Assembly: GCA_011772475.1 (NCBI GenBank)
Contig: WVZK01000134.1
Coordinates: 70,793-134,792, forward strand
Length of the DNA stretch: 64,000 nucleotides
Reading direction: 5' to 3'
Source: Candidatus Aminicenantes bacterium
GTDB taxonomy: Bacteria; Acidobacteriota; Aminicenantia; Aminicenantales; Aminicenantaceae
The notes under the pieces are model-generated. The model did no database searches, was not told where the DNA came from, and saw only the letters and a list, made by a program, of their open reading frames with translations. Below are positions 1-9,211 of the stretch, piece by piece. Numbering within the stretch: the first letter of the stretch is position 1; every line of letters begins with the position of its first letter. Both the position numbers and the translations under genes were made by a program.

Positions 1-372
1 AATACATACACGGATGCTGGGAGGCATCAGGAGGCCATAGCGGTGTTCCAAAAGGCAGCTGAGCTCTACCCAGAGCTGAGATTTCTCCTTGGACGCGCCT
101 ATGCACTGGCTGGTCGGAGGGATGAGGCGCTGAAGATACTGGCTGAATTGGAGGAAGAGGAAGCCACCCCATTCGGTGCTTTCGGTATAGCCTCATTGTG
201 CACAGCCCTGGGAGAAAAGGATAAGGCCTTCCGTTGGCTGAATTATGAGCATCCCCATGCGTGGTTTCCTTGGGTTAGGGTGGATCCTCAATTCGTTCCT
301 CTGCGCGACGATCCCCGCTTCAAGGATCTGCTGCGAAAGATGAACCTTCCTCAGCTGGACGAATCTCCCTGA
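1..372 (+). CDS. C-terminal fragment of a TPR-like repeat protein; the 5' end lies outside the window
   Basis: The ORF is open to the window edge. Its helical repeat composition (AELYPELRFLLGRAYALAGRRDEALKILAEL) is typical of TPR repeats. Confidence 0.35.
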   Translation, partial: NTYTDAGRHQEAIAVFQKAAELYPELRFLLGRAYALAGRRDEALKILAELEEEEATPFGAFGIASLCTALGEKDKAFRWLNYEHPHAWFPWVRVDPQFVPLRDDPRFKDLLRKMNLPQLDESP

Positions 373-535
373 ACAAGCTTTCTTTTGGGAAATTCCTTTT
401 TTGAACATAAAAGAGAGGTGCTTTGGGGAACGTGCCCAATTTCAGGGAGGTGTCTCCATTTTGGAAATCATCTCTCTCTATAAAAATTAATAAAGTATTA
501 AAATTCTAATCTCGCAGTTTCTCCGCAGTTTCCGG

Positions 536-564
536 TTGACATCTTATATAGGGAAATATATAAG
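536..564 (+). promoter_or_regulatory. Sigma70-like promoter for tdh: TTGACA (536-541), 17-nt spacer, TATAAG (559-564)
   Basis: Consensus -35 and near-consensus -10 with 17-bp spacing lie about 55 bp upstream of the 619 start. A GAGGTGAG RBS precedes the ATG. Confidence 0.35.
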
Positions 565-618
565 TAAAATCTCATATTTTCAAACTAACAAGAACTCATA
601 ACTTAAAGAGGTGAGAAA

Positions 619-1599
619 ATGGCAAAAGAAATGAAAAAAATCATGGTCACTGGCTCAGTTGGTCAGATTGGCTCTGAATTAACCATGGCTTTGCGAGAGA
701 AATACGGCAATGAGAATGTGCTCGCCACCGGACACAGAACAAAACCAAGTCCTGAGCTCCGCGATTCTGGACCGTTTGAATTTATCAATGTCGCCAAAAA
801 GGAGACGATTGAAGAAGTCGTTAAGAAATACAACATCGACACTATCTATCATCTCTCCGCCATCCTATCTGCCGTAGGAGAAAAAAACCCTGTGCTCTGC
901 TGGGATGTGAACATGAACGGAACATATAACATCCTTGAAGTTGCCTTGGAACATGAAATGACGAGAATCTTTGTTCCCAGCTCCATCGCTGCCTTTGGCC
1001 CAGAAACTCCCCTTGATAATACCCCCCAGGAAACAATTTTAAAACCAAAAACGATGTATGGAGTAACAAAAGTTGCCGGAGAGCTTCTCTGTGATTATTA
1101 TGTCAAGCGCTTCGGTCTTGATATTAGAGGCTGCCGCTATCCAGGCATCATAAGCTACGAGACACTTCCTGGCGGGGGAACAACAGACTATGCCGTAGCT
1201 ATCTATTTTGAAGCAGTAAAAAATAAAAAATACACATGCTTTGTGAAAGAAGATACCAGACTCCCCATGATGTACATGCCAGACTGCCTCAAAGCGGCGC
1301 TAGATTTAATGGAAGCAGACTTTTCTCGATTGAAGCATCACTCTGACTTCAATGTGACTGCTATGAGTTTTTCTGCTGGCGAATTAGCGGCTGAAATTAA
1401 AAAACATATTCCTGAGTTCACATGTGAATACGAGCCCGATTTCAGGCAAGAAATCGCTGATTCATGGCCCAACTCTCTTGACGACTCTGCTGCCCGCGAA
1501 GAATGGGGATGGGAGCCTAGCTACGATCTGGCTGCCATGACAAAGGATATGCTTGAAGTTCTTACTAAGCGCCACGCTGAAGGAAAGCTGAATTATTAG
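619..1599 (+). CDS. tdh: L-threonine 3-dehydrogenase, extended-SDR/UDP-glucose-4-epimerase-like type
   Basis: N-terminal Rossmann motif VTGSVGQIGSEL, catalytic YGVTK (YxxxK), and SDR-type TDH-like length and composition. A kbl gene 2 kb away in the window supports a threonine-to-glycine pathway. Confidence 0.7.
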   Translation: MAKEMKKIMVTGSVGQIGSELTMALREKYGNENVLATGHRTKPSPELRDSGPFEFINVAKKETIEEVVKKYNIDTIYHLSAILSAVGEKNPVLCWDVNMNGTYNILEVALEHEMTRIFVPSSIAAFGPETPLDNTPQETILKPKTMYGVTKVAGELLCDYYVKRFGLDIRGCRYPGIISYETLPGGGTTDYAVAIYFEAVKNKKYTCFVKEDTRLPMMYMPDCLKAALDLMEADFSRLKHHSDFNVTAMSFSAGELAAEIKKHIPEFTCEYEPDFRQEIADSWPNSLDDSAAREEWGWEPSYDLAAMTKDMLEVLTKRHAEGKLNY

Positions 1600-1652
1600 A
1601 ATAAAATTATTCGACTCTTCAAGCGAAAGCTAATCAATTTAGCTCAGTAATC

Positions 1653-2507
1653 TCAATCGCCGGAACCTAAGTCTTTTAAGAAATTTGGCAGTGAAAACGC
1701 TGCCTCGTGAATATTAAGATTAAAATATTTAAGTCCCCGAGGGGGACCTCTTTTTATTTTTAAGGGTTGGACTTCATCTGATAGGAATACAAAGCACCAG
1801 CTTCCTCCAGGATAAGTGGGAACAGGGCTGGTGTAGAAACAGACATTTTTAAAGAGTTTTTCAAGGAAAGCATCTTTCTTTTTAATTGACTCCAGGTGAT
1901 AAAAAGGCGATCCGGCTTGTGAGACTGCTATTCCTCTGCGGTTAAGACAACTTTTCAGTTTTTCGTAAAAATCACTTTCATGAAGAGAAACAGAAGGCCC
2001 TGCAGGATCAGAGGAATCTATAAAAACAATATCAAACTTCTTACCTGTTTTTTCGATAAATTCACTACCGTCAGCAATTATAAGCTCGGTTCTATCATCT
2101 TCAAGAGAGGGCAAAAGCCAGGGAAAATACTCCTTGGAGACATCTATAACCTGCTGATCGATCTCTACAAGGCAAGCATACTTAATCGGCCAGCGAAGAA
2201 TTTCCTTAAGTGCTCCCCCATCTCCGCCGCCGATTAACAGAATATTCTGAGGGGAGGGATGCGAGACTAAAGCCGGATGAACGAGCATCTCGTGATAGAA
2301 AAATTCGTCTTTTTCTGTAGTCTGTACCAGATCATCCAGAAGCAAAACTCTTCCAAAACACTCGTTCTCGATAACTTCTATTTTTTGATAATCAGATTTA
2401 TCCCTGTACAGAATTTTTTTCACCTTGAAAAAAATACCACTCGATGGGCTATGGTATTCTCTCTCCTCTAAAGGAACTGCTTCCCGGTTTTCTTTCTTAG
2501 TGCTCAT
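1653..2507 (-). CDS. speE: Spermidine synthase / polyamine aminopropyltransferase
   Basis: Motifs LLIGGGDGGALKEIL and VEIDQQVIDVSKEYFP (aminopropyltransferase signature and dcSAM binding), plus DSSDPAGP. Confidence 0.8.
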   Translation of the reverse strand: MSTKKENREAVPLEEREYHSPSSGIFFKVKKILYRDKSDYQKIEVIENECFGRVLLLDDLVQTTEKDEFFYHEMLVHPALVSHPSPQNILLIGGGDGGALKEILRWPIKYACLVEIDQQVIDVSKEYFPWLLPSLEDDRTELIIADGSEFIEKTGKKFDIVFIDSSDPAGPSVSLHESDFYEKLKSCLNRRGIAVSQAGSPFYHLESIKKKDAFLEKLFKNVCFYTSPVPTYPGGSWCFVFLSDEVQPLKIKRGPPRGLKYFNLNIHEAAFSLPNFLKDLGSGD

Positions 2508-3469
2508 AGTTTCCAGATGAAGGGCTTTTTATCAGTTAAAACCTTGCCCTGTTTCAGACTTTCGACCAAATAGAGAGGAAGAGCAAAGTAGCTCTGGTGA
2601 AAGCCAGGATGATAATATTTTAACTTCTTTACCGCACGCTGGTGCATTCTTTGAGCTATCTTTTTCTCATCCATGTCAAGAGGCTCCTTTGTCTTTGAAG
2701 CCAGGACAAAGCCCCAGGGCATGCTGAACGATAGAACAAAGGTCCAGTATGGCCGAACTATTGGAAAAACTTTTTCTAGCGTCTTCACCAAAGAGCAGAA
2801 AAATTGATTATAAGAAGGATCAGCGCTCCCTGCCTGAAGAACGAACAAGCCACCTTCCTTTAGGGCATCAAAGTTTTTCGAAAAAAATTCTTCGGTAAAA
2901 AGATAAACAGATGGCCCTTGCTTTATGGGCTCAGTCAAATCAGAAATAATGATGTCAAATCTCTCTTTTGTTTTTTCAATAAACTGGCGGGCATCTTCAA
3001 AGATGAGATCAGTTTTTGAGTTTGAAAACGCGCCCTCAGACCATTCTGGTAAATATTTCTGGCAAAGTTCCACCAGCTCTCTGTCGATATCCACCATTAT
3101 CACCTTTTCTACCGTATTGTGCCTAAGAACTTCCCTTATGGTAGCACCCTCTCCACCCCCTATCACCAGCACTCCTCGAGGGGAAGGATGAGTGATGAGG
3201 GCTGGATGGACCAAGGATTCATGGTAGATATATTCGTCTATTTGTGCCGATTGAATCTTTTTATCCAGAAAAAGAACCTTGCCAAGAAACTTGTTGTAAA
3301 AACACTGGACAAACTGATATTTTGTCTTCCCTTGATAATAGAATTTTTCGACTTTTAATCGTCTGCCGAATGATTCTGTTAACGGCTCAAAAAAATAAGA
3401 TCCTTCGCCTGCCATGGCAAAGATTATAGCAACTAAAAAATAAAGAGTAAACGCAATAAAAAACAGCAA
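2504..3469 (-). CDS. Second aminopropyltransferase (spermidine synthase family) with an N-terminal transmembrane helix
   Basis: VLVIGGGEGATIREVL, VDIDRELVELCQKYLPEW and ISDLTEP motifs. Hydrophobic N-terminus MLFFIAFTLYFLVAIIFAMA. Overlaps the upstream speE by 4 bp (ATGA). Confidence 0.75.
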   Translation of the reverse strand: MLFFIAFTLYFLVAIIFAMAGEGSYFFEPLTESFGRRLKVEKFYYQGKTKYQFVQCFYNKFLGKVLFLDKKIQSAQIDEYIYHESLVHPALITHPSPRGVLVIGGGEGATIREVLRHNTVEKVIMVDIDRELVELCQKYLPEWSEGAFSNSKTDLIFEDARQFIEKTKERFDIIISDLTEPIKQGPSVYLFTEEFFSKNFDALKEGGLFVLQAGSADPSYNQFFCSLVKTLEKVFPIVRPYWTFVLSFSMPWGFVLASKTKEPLDMDEKKIAQRMHQRAVKKLKYYHPGFHQSYFALPLYLVESLKQGKVLTDKKPFIWKL

Positions 3470-3536
3470 ACGGCTAAAAAAGATAGACCTGAAATTGGTT
3501 TTTTGATATAGTCTAAAAACTTAAAGGAGGTATTGA

Positions 3537-4739
3537 ATGTATGGCAAGATAAAGGAAGATTTGACAAAAGAAATTCAATCTATTCACGACGCAGGCCTCT
3601 ATAAATCGGAAAGAATCATAATGACTCCTCAGGGAGCAGAGATCGAAGTTAAAGGCGGTAAAGAAGTCCTGAATTTCTGCGCCAATAACTATTTGGGCCT
3701 ATCGAGCCACCCCAAAGTCATCGAGGCAGCCCATAAGACTCTTGATGAATGGGGTTACGGCATGAGCTCAGTTCGTTTTATCTGCGGGACTCAAGACATT
3801 CATAAGATTTTAGAGCAGAAGATATCTGCGTTTCTCCAGACAGATGATACCATCCTCTATGCTGCCTGTTTTGACGCCAACGGAGGAGCCTTTGAACCTC
3901 TTATAGGAGCAGAAGACGCCATAATAACCGATCAGCTTAACCATGCATCTATTATTGATGGCATCCGCCTCTGTAAAGCCCAAAGACTCATCTATAAGCA
4001 TGCTGACATGGCCGACCTTGAAGAGAAACTAAAGGAAACTCAGGGAGCCCGTTACAGGATGATAGCCACTGACGGTGTGTTTTCCATGGATGGCGATATT
4101 GCCAAGCTTGATGCGATCTGTGAGCTGGCAGATAAATACGATGCCATGGTCATGATTGACGACGCTCATTCAACAGGATTTATGGGCAAAAAAGGAAGAG
4201 GAACTCCTGAATATAGAGGGGTGATGGGCAGAATAGACATCATCACAGGGACTCTTGGAAAAGCCCTCGGAGGTGCCTCAGGCGGATTTATTTCCGGAAG
4301 AAAAGAGCTAATAGAACTTTACAGACAGCGCTCAAGGCCCTATCTTTTTAGCAATACTTTAGCCCCTGCTGTTGTTGGTGCATCTATTGCCGTCTTTAAT
4401 CTTCTCTCTGAAACAACCGAACTAAGGGATAAGCTGGAAGAAAACACAAAGTACTTCCGGGAAAAAATGACAGAAGCCGGATTTGATATAACACCCGGAG
4501 CCCATCCTATTGTTCCTATAATGCTCGGTAAATTTGAGAATGATGCCAAGCTTTCTCAAGATATGGCCCATGATCTCCTTGAAGAGGGAATCTATGTCAT
4601 AGGATTCTACTATCCGGTGGTCCCCAGAGGCCAAGCCAGGATAAGAGTTCAGCTCTCGGCAGCTCATGAAAGACATCACCTGGATAAAGCCATAGAAGCT
4701 TTCACCAAAGTCGGAAAGAAATATAACGTTATTCCCTAG
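3537..4739 (+). CDS. kbl: 2-amino-3-ketobutyrate CoA ligase (glycine C-acetyltransferase), a PLP-dependent alpha-oxoamine synthase
   Basis: [14 protein letters not shown] and the PLP-lysine region [17 protein letters not shown] upstream. About 400 aa, typical of Kbl. Confidence 0.85.
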   Translation: MYGKIKEDLTKEIQSIHDAGLYKSERIIMTPQGAEIEVKGGKEVLNFCANNYLGLSSHPKVIEAAHKTLDEWGYGMSSVRFICGTQDIHKILEQKISAFLQTDDTILYAACFDANGGAFEPLIGAEDAIITDQLNHASIIDGIRLCKAQRLIYKHADMADLEEKLKETQGARYRMIATDGVFSMDGDIAKLDAICELADKYDAMVMIDDAHSTGFMGKKGRGTPEYRGVMGRIDIITGTLGKALGGASGGFISGRKELIELYRQRSRPYLFSNTLAPAVVGASIAVFNLLSETTELRDKLEENTKYFREKMTEAGFDITPGAHPIVPIMLGKFENDAKLSQDMAHDLLEEGIYVIGFYYPVVPRGQARIRVQLSAAHERHHLDKAIEAFTKVGKKYNVIP

Positions 4740-4802
4740 CACCAATTAGTTAGATAAGCTTTGTAAGATTTTTTTCTATCCTACGCTACAGAGAAGGAAA
4801 AA

Positions 4803-4836
4803 AGGGACAGGCAACTTTTTGTCTGTCCCTTTTTTG
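4803..4836 (+). terminator. Rho-independent terminator downstream of kbl
   Basis: Perfect 8-bp stem AGGGACAG/CTGTCCCT with a 12-nt loop, followed by TTTTTT. Confidence 0.5.
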
Positions 4837-4940
4837 TTGGGTCTTATTCTCTTTTTTTAGGCAAAAAACAAAACCTGACTCCAACAAAATTTTTTAAAAG
4901 TAGCCTGTCCCCTTTTTTGTCCCTTTTTTTGCCGTTTTTA

Positions 4941-6335
4941 TTATGATTTGTCTGATTCTTTTACCTTTTCCATGGTGATCCCGGTATAGCCATAAAAAAT
5001 GGAAACAAGGGGATTTGAAAGATTCAGAAAAGCATAGGGAAGATAGAGGAGAGGGTTCACACCTAAGGTTGCTCCCATAAAAGCACCGCAGCTATTCCAG
5101 GGAATGAGAGGAGAAGTAAGCGTTCCTGAATCTTCTAAAGCGCGAGAAAGATTCTTAGGATGAAGGCCCCGCTTGTCAAATTCATTTTTGTACATCCTCC
5201 CAGGAATAACAATAGCTATGTACTGGTCTGAAGCAATCGCATTCAGCCCGATGCAGCTGAAAATTGTAGTAGCCACAAGCGACCCTATTCTCTTCACTCT
5301 TTCAAGGAGAGACATGGCTAATACCTCTAACATCCCTGTCTTCTCCATTATGCCGCCAAAGGAAAGGGCACAGATAATCAAGGCTACTGTCGTCATCATG
5401 CTTTCCAGACCGCCTCTGGTCAGCAGGCCATCTACCATCTTCACTCCTGACTGAGAAACATACCCAGATTGGGCAGCCTGGATTACTTCGGCTAAAGATT
5501 TCGATTGGGTAAGCATAGCAAAAATTCCGCCCAACACAGTTCCTCCTAACAGGGCAGGCAAAGGAGGAATCTTTTTTACGACCATCACAATGACCAGGAC
5601 GGGAGCAAGCAAAAGAATGGGGTGAATGAAAAAATTTGATTTGATGGTAGAAAGAATTACTTCTATGTTTTCTGCCTTGAGGCCTTGCCCTGAAAATCTG
5701 GTTCCGAGCAATCCATATAAAATAACAGAAATGATATAGCCTGGACCGGTAGTGTAGACCATATGCCTAATGTGGGAAAATAGGTCTGTGCCAGCAACAG
5801 CAGGAGCGAGATTGGTTGTATCTGAGAGAGGTGACATTTTATCACCAAAGTAAGCTCCTGAAATAATTGCTCCGGCTACCATGGCAACCGGAACTCCCAA
5901 GCCCTGGCCCACACCAATTAATGCAACTCCGACTGTACCAGCCGTCGACCAAGAAGATCCTGTTCCCAGAGAAACGATCGAACAGATGATAAGAGTAGCT
6001 ACAAGAAAAATTCCTGGAGAGAGAACCTTCAAGCCGTAATAAATCATGGAAGGGACAATCCCTCCCATAATCCAGGTGCCGATCATCGTGCCTACTACCA
6101 TCAGAATCAGGATTGCGCCCATGGCCAGCGTAATTCCATGGACCATCCCCTCGTGTATTTCCTTCCAGGGATGTCTTAAGATAACTGCAACGCAGGCAGC
6201 CACGGCTGCCGCCCCAATCAACGGGATGTGAGGCGGTTGTTTGAAAACACCGATTGTTAAGGATAAGGCAACGATTAAGAAAATAACGGGTATAAGGGCG
6301 GCTCCGAGCGTTATTCTCTTCTTTTTATCTGTCAC
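4941..6335 (-). CDS. nhaC: Na+/H+ antiporter, NhaC family
   Basis: 464-aa polytopic membrane protein with NhaC-like motifs (GAIISGAYFGDKMSPLSDTTNLAP). Confidence 0.75.
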   Translation of the reverse strand: MTDKKKRITLGAALIPVIFLIVALSLTIGVFKQPPHIPLIGAAAVAACVAVILRHPWKEIHEGMVHGITLAMGAILILMVVGTMIGTWIMGGIVPSMIYYGLKVLSPGIFLVATLIICSIVSLGTGSSWSTAGTVGVALIGVGQGLGVPVAMVAGAIISGAYFGDKMSPLSDTTNLAPAVAGTDLFSHIRHMVYTTGPGYIISVILYGLLGTRFSGQGLKAENIEVILSTIKSNFFIHPILLLAPVLVIVMVVKKIPPLPALLGGTVLGGIFAMLTQSKSLAEVIQAAQSGYVSQSGVKMVDGLLTRGGLESMMTTVALIICALSFGGIMEKTGMLEVLAMSLLERVKRIGSLVATTIFSCIGLNAIASDQYIAIVIPGRMYKNEFDKRGLHPKNLSRALEDSGTLTSPLIPWNSCGAFMGATLGVNPLLYLPYAFLNLSNPLVSIFYGYTGITMEKVKESDKS

Positions 6336-6529
6336 GCCTTATTATTCTCCTGTAAAGTTATGGAATTCTATGCGAAAAGATAGAAAAAAGCAAATAATTG
6401 TGGTCAAGCCTTGTCAGCGAGAAAAGAAACTTTGCTGCCCTTGATTATCTGAACCGGGATATGGCCTTGTCATTAGGAAGAGAAACTTTGCTGGCTTTTA
6501 TTATACAATCGCTCATTCCTAATTTCAGA

Positions 6530-8746
6530 TTAACGAATTTGGCCTATTTTTATACCACGATAATACTTTTTCAGTATCTTCTTATAGTCAGCTCCAGCCT
6601 GCGCCATCCCAAAAGCTCCTACCTGGCAAAGGCCTACTCCGTGTCCGAACCCTCTTCCATAAAATGTAAAATGCGTGATGCGACCTTCTCCATCATATTC
6701 TCTGTCTATTACAAAAAGCGTCTCCCTGAGGCCTAAAACTCTCCTTATTCTCAAGCCTTTAACAACAGTCTGAGTCTCCTTGCCTTTGATTAAAACCTCA
6801 ACTACTCTCTGGGACTTTCCTCTCCTTTGAGGAATAATATCCTCAAGCTCGCCAAGCGGATAATATTGATTTATCCTTTTCTCCAACGCCTCAAGTGATG
6901 TTCTAAACTCCCATCGGTTGAACGGCGAACTTCGGTCCATTATATTTGTATGAGATGGATAGATAACTTCCAGCAACCGGGCTTCTCCGTCCCTCTCAAT
7001 TATCCTTACCTCATCCCCTGCCAGGATATAAACACGAGGCGAAAAAAAGTAATCGCGTCCGTTACTTCTCAATAGAAAAATGTCGGGCGAAAGTTGGAAT
7101 TGTTTCTTTACTTTCTCCTCCTCCAATTCAATCACATTGTTGCTGAGAGATTTGAATATTCCTTGGTGATTTATATTATGATAACCTTGGAGGACCTTCC
7201 CCAGACAATAAGCCAACTCGCCCCTTGAAAGGAGTCTTTCCAAATCCAGAATTTCCTCCGATGACGGAAATATTCCTGCCTGGATAAGATATGCCAGACG
7301 ATCTCTTTCCTCGGCTTTGAGGCTTTTAAACTCTTGCATGATGTAATCTTTTTCTGTGTCGTACAACAAGTTTTCCACTCTGTTATGCCAATCAAAGGCA
7401 TCTATAATAAGATTCCCAAGAGTTACAAAATTCAAGGGAGAAGCTTCTGGAGTGAACATTTCATTCTTTCTTCCCAGTAAATCCAGAGCTTTATTGATCC
7501 AGCCTGTCGTTTCTTCAAAGGAACCCTCCTCTCTGTAATATTCAGGATTTATTTCTGGAGGTATCACTTTTAAACTTATGAGAAAAGCAATTTCCGGAAT
7601 GACATTCTTTCCATTCACATGAATTGGCTCAATCATATTTCTGCTCTTCAGCAACCACCCATTCTTCCCCTCGTAAACACACTCCATGCTTCTCAAATAG
7701 GGCAAAGCAGGACCGGTGAAGATGTTCTCTACATCCTCTGTCATTCCTCCACAAGTACTCGTATAAAGAGCATTGATCACTCTCCCTCTATAACGGGCTA
7801 CCTCTCCACGCGTTAGCTCCACGGCCTCGGTGCTCAAAGGGTGCTCAGCGTCCATTCCTTGGTAAAATTGAGCTTTTGGGGAAGCGTCAAGGTCAAAGCC
7901 CAGTTCTTTATTCAGTCCTAAGAATCTGATTGCGTAGGATCTGGCGGCTACTGCTTGGGCTTTATGAGCTTCAAGTTCGCCGTAAGTATAGGGAGAAATT
8001 TCGCTGGGGACAACACTTTTTAAGTAATCTTCAAGGTTCAAGGTATTGATCAGGACAATACCTTTGGGAGTGGCTTTGAGAACGAACATACCTCTATAAT
8101 CTCGTCCATTAAAAGTGAGAAAGCTCTGGGGATTGCTCGGAACAAAATAAAGAGCTGCGTTATCGCTTAAACCCTTCAGCTCATCATTCACAAGAATCCA
8201 GAGAAGTTTTGACTCTTCCTCTGTGATTTCTTCTCGCAAAATCCATGTTTCCGCTATCCCGACTTCATTCAGTTTCTTGATAAAGCTTAATGCGTCGCCT
8301 CGCGTTAAAAAATCTCCAACCTTGACTAAAAAAGCTCCAGAAATTTCATTCTCTGTATTCTCAGCAACATAAACCTTGGCCTCGATCTTTTGCCTTAGAT
8401 CTTGAGCTATTATCTCTGCTTCTTCCCTTTCTTTGCTCTGGGCAACCTGGATGACAAATTTTTCGGTTAATTTTTCCCTCCTGCCTTTTATATAGACCTC
8501 ATCAGCGTCATCAGCCAAAAGTTTGTAATCTGAATTGACCTCGTAGACCTTCATTCCAGAAGAAGAACGAATGTTTATGCTTCTTAGGTTTACTCCCAGG
8601 CCAATTTTTATTACAGGTTTCTTGATCAGATATCCATGAAAAAAAATCTGTTCTCTTCCGAATTCAACCGGTGCTCCCCAAAAAATACACAAGAAAAGAA
8701 CGATTATAATAATGTACTTAAGGGGATTGACGAAGGCGCGGCGCAT
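6530..8746 (-). CDS. SpoIID/LytB-domain protein with a large N-terminal extension; the likely start is the Met at 8746, within the longer ORF that runs to 8788
   Basis: C-terminal SpoIID/LytB signature GHGVGLCQVGAFGMAQAG. N-terminal signal/TM segment MRRAFVNPLKYIIIIVLFLCIFWGA. Confidence 0.6.
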   Translation of the reverse strand: MRRAFVNPLKYIIIIVLFLCIFWGAPVEFGREQIFFHGYLIKKPVIKIGLGVNLRSINIRSSSGMKVYEVNSDYKLLADDADEVYIKGRREKLTEKFVIQVAQSKEREEAEIIAQDLRQKIEAKVYVAENTENEISGAFLVKVGDFLTRGDALSFIKKLNEVGIAETWILREEITEEESKLLWILVNDELKGLSDNAALYFVPSNPQSFLTFNGRDYRGMFVLKATPKGIVLINTLNLEDYLKSVVPSEISPYTYGELEAHKAQAVAARSYAIRFLGLNKELGFDLDASPKAQFYQGMDAEHPLSTEAVELTRGEVARYRGRVINALYTSTCGGMTEDVENIFTGPALPYLRSMECVYEGKNGWLLKSRNMIEPIHVNGKNVIPEIAFLISLKVIPPEINPEYYREEGSFEETTGWINKALDLLGRKNEMFTPEASPLNFVTLGNLIIDAFDWHNRVENLLYDTEKDYIMQEFKSLKAEERDRLAYLIQAGIFPSSEEILDLERLLSRGELAYCLGKVLQGYHNINHQGIFKSLSNNVIELEEEKVKKQFQLSPDIFLLRSNGRDYFFSPRVYILAGDEVRIIERDGEARLLEVIYPSHTNIMDRSSPFNRWEFRTSLEALEKRINQYYPLGELEDIIPQRRGKSQRVVEVLIKGKETQTVVKGLRIRRVLGLRETLFVIDREYDGEGRITHFTFYGRGFGHGVGLCQVGAFGMAQAGADYKKILKKYYRGIKIGQIR

Positions 8747-9211
8747 TTGCTGGTTTTTCCTATAAATGCGTATACAAGAATGTATCACGATATGATGAAA
8801 AAATCAATATATGTAACCTATTTATTTTTTTATACAACATATAGTATTATCTCCAACTATTAAATATATATCCTATCGTATTAGTAAGAATAAGTCAACG
8901 ATTTCCTTTAGGTCGTAAGCATTCGACTTTCTATTATAAGGATGAGAGAACAGCGACTAGCCCCCTTTTTGAAAAGGAAATTGGGCCTAAGAAAATGGGG
9001 CCTGGCCCTAATGGCATGTCCTCATTCCATCAGAAAAAGGGCCCGTCCTCTTTTCTCCCGATGATCTCATCTGGCATTTTCTGTTGACTTGTAAAGGTCA
9101 AATGCCCAATATTTAGGTTATATGTATCCTGCATTATTCAAGAAGACTATCGATACCTATATTTTGTTAATAATTCAGGATAAATAATAGACGGGAAAAA
9201 AGGAGAAAAAA

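Noticed and set aside
1980-3429. Several 60-90-aa ORFs antisense to or embedded in the speE genes (1980-2237, 2277-2471, 2925-3191, 3119-3358, 3244-3429)
   Set aside because: They lie fully inside well-supported CDSs on the opposite strand or in an alternative frame. They have low-complexity composition and no start-site signals.
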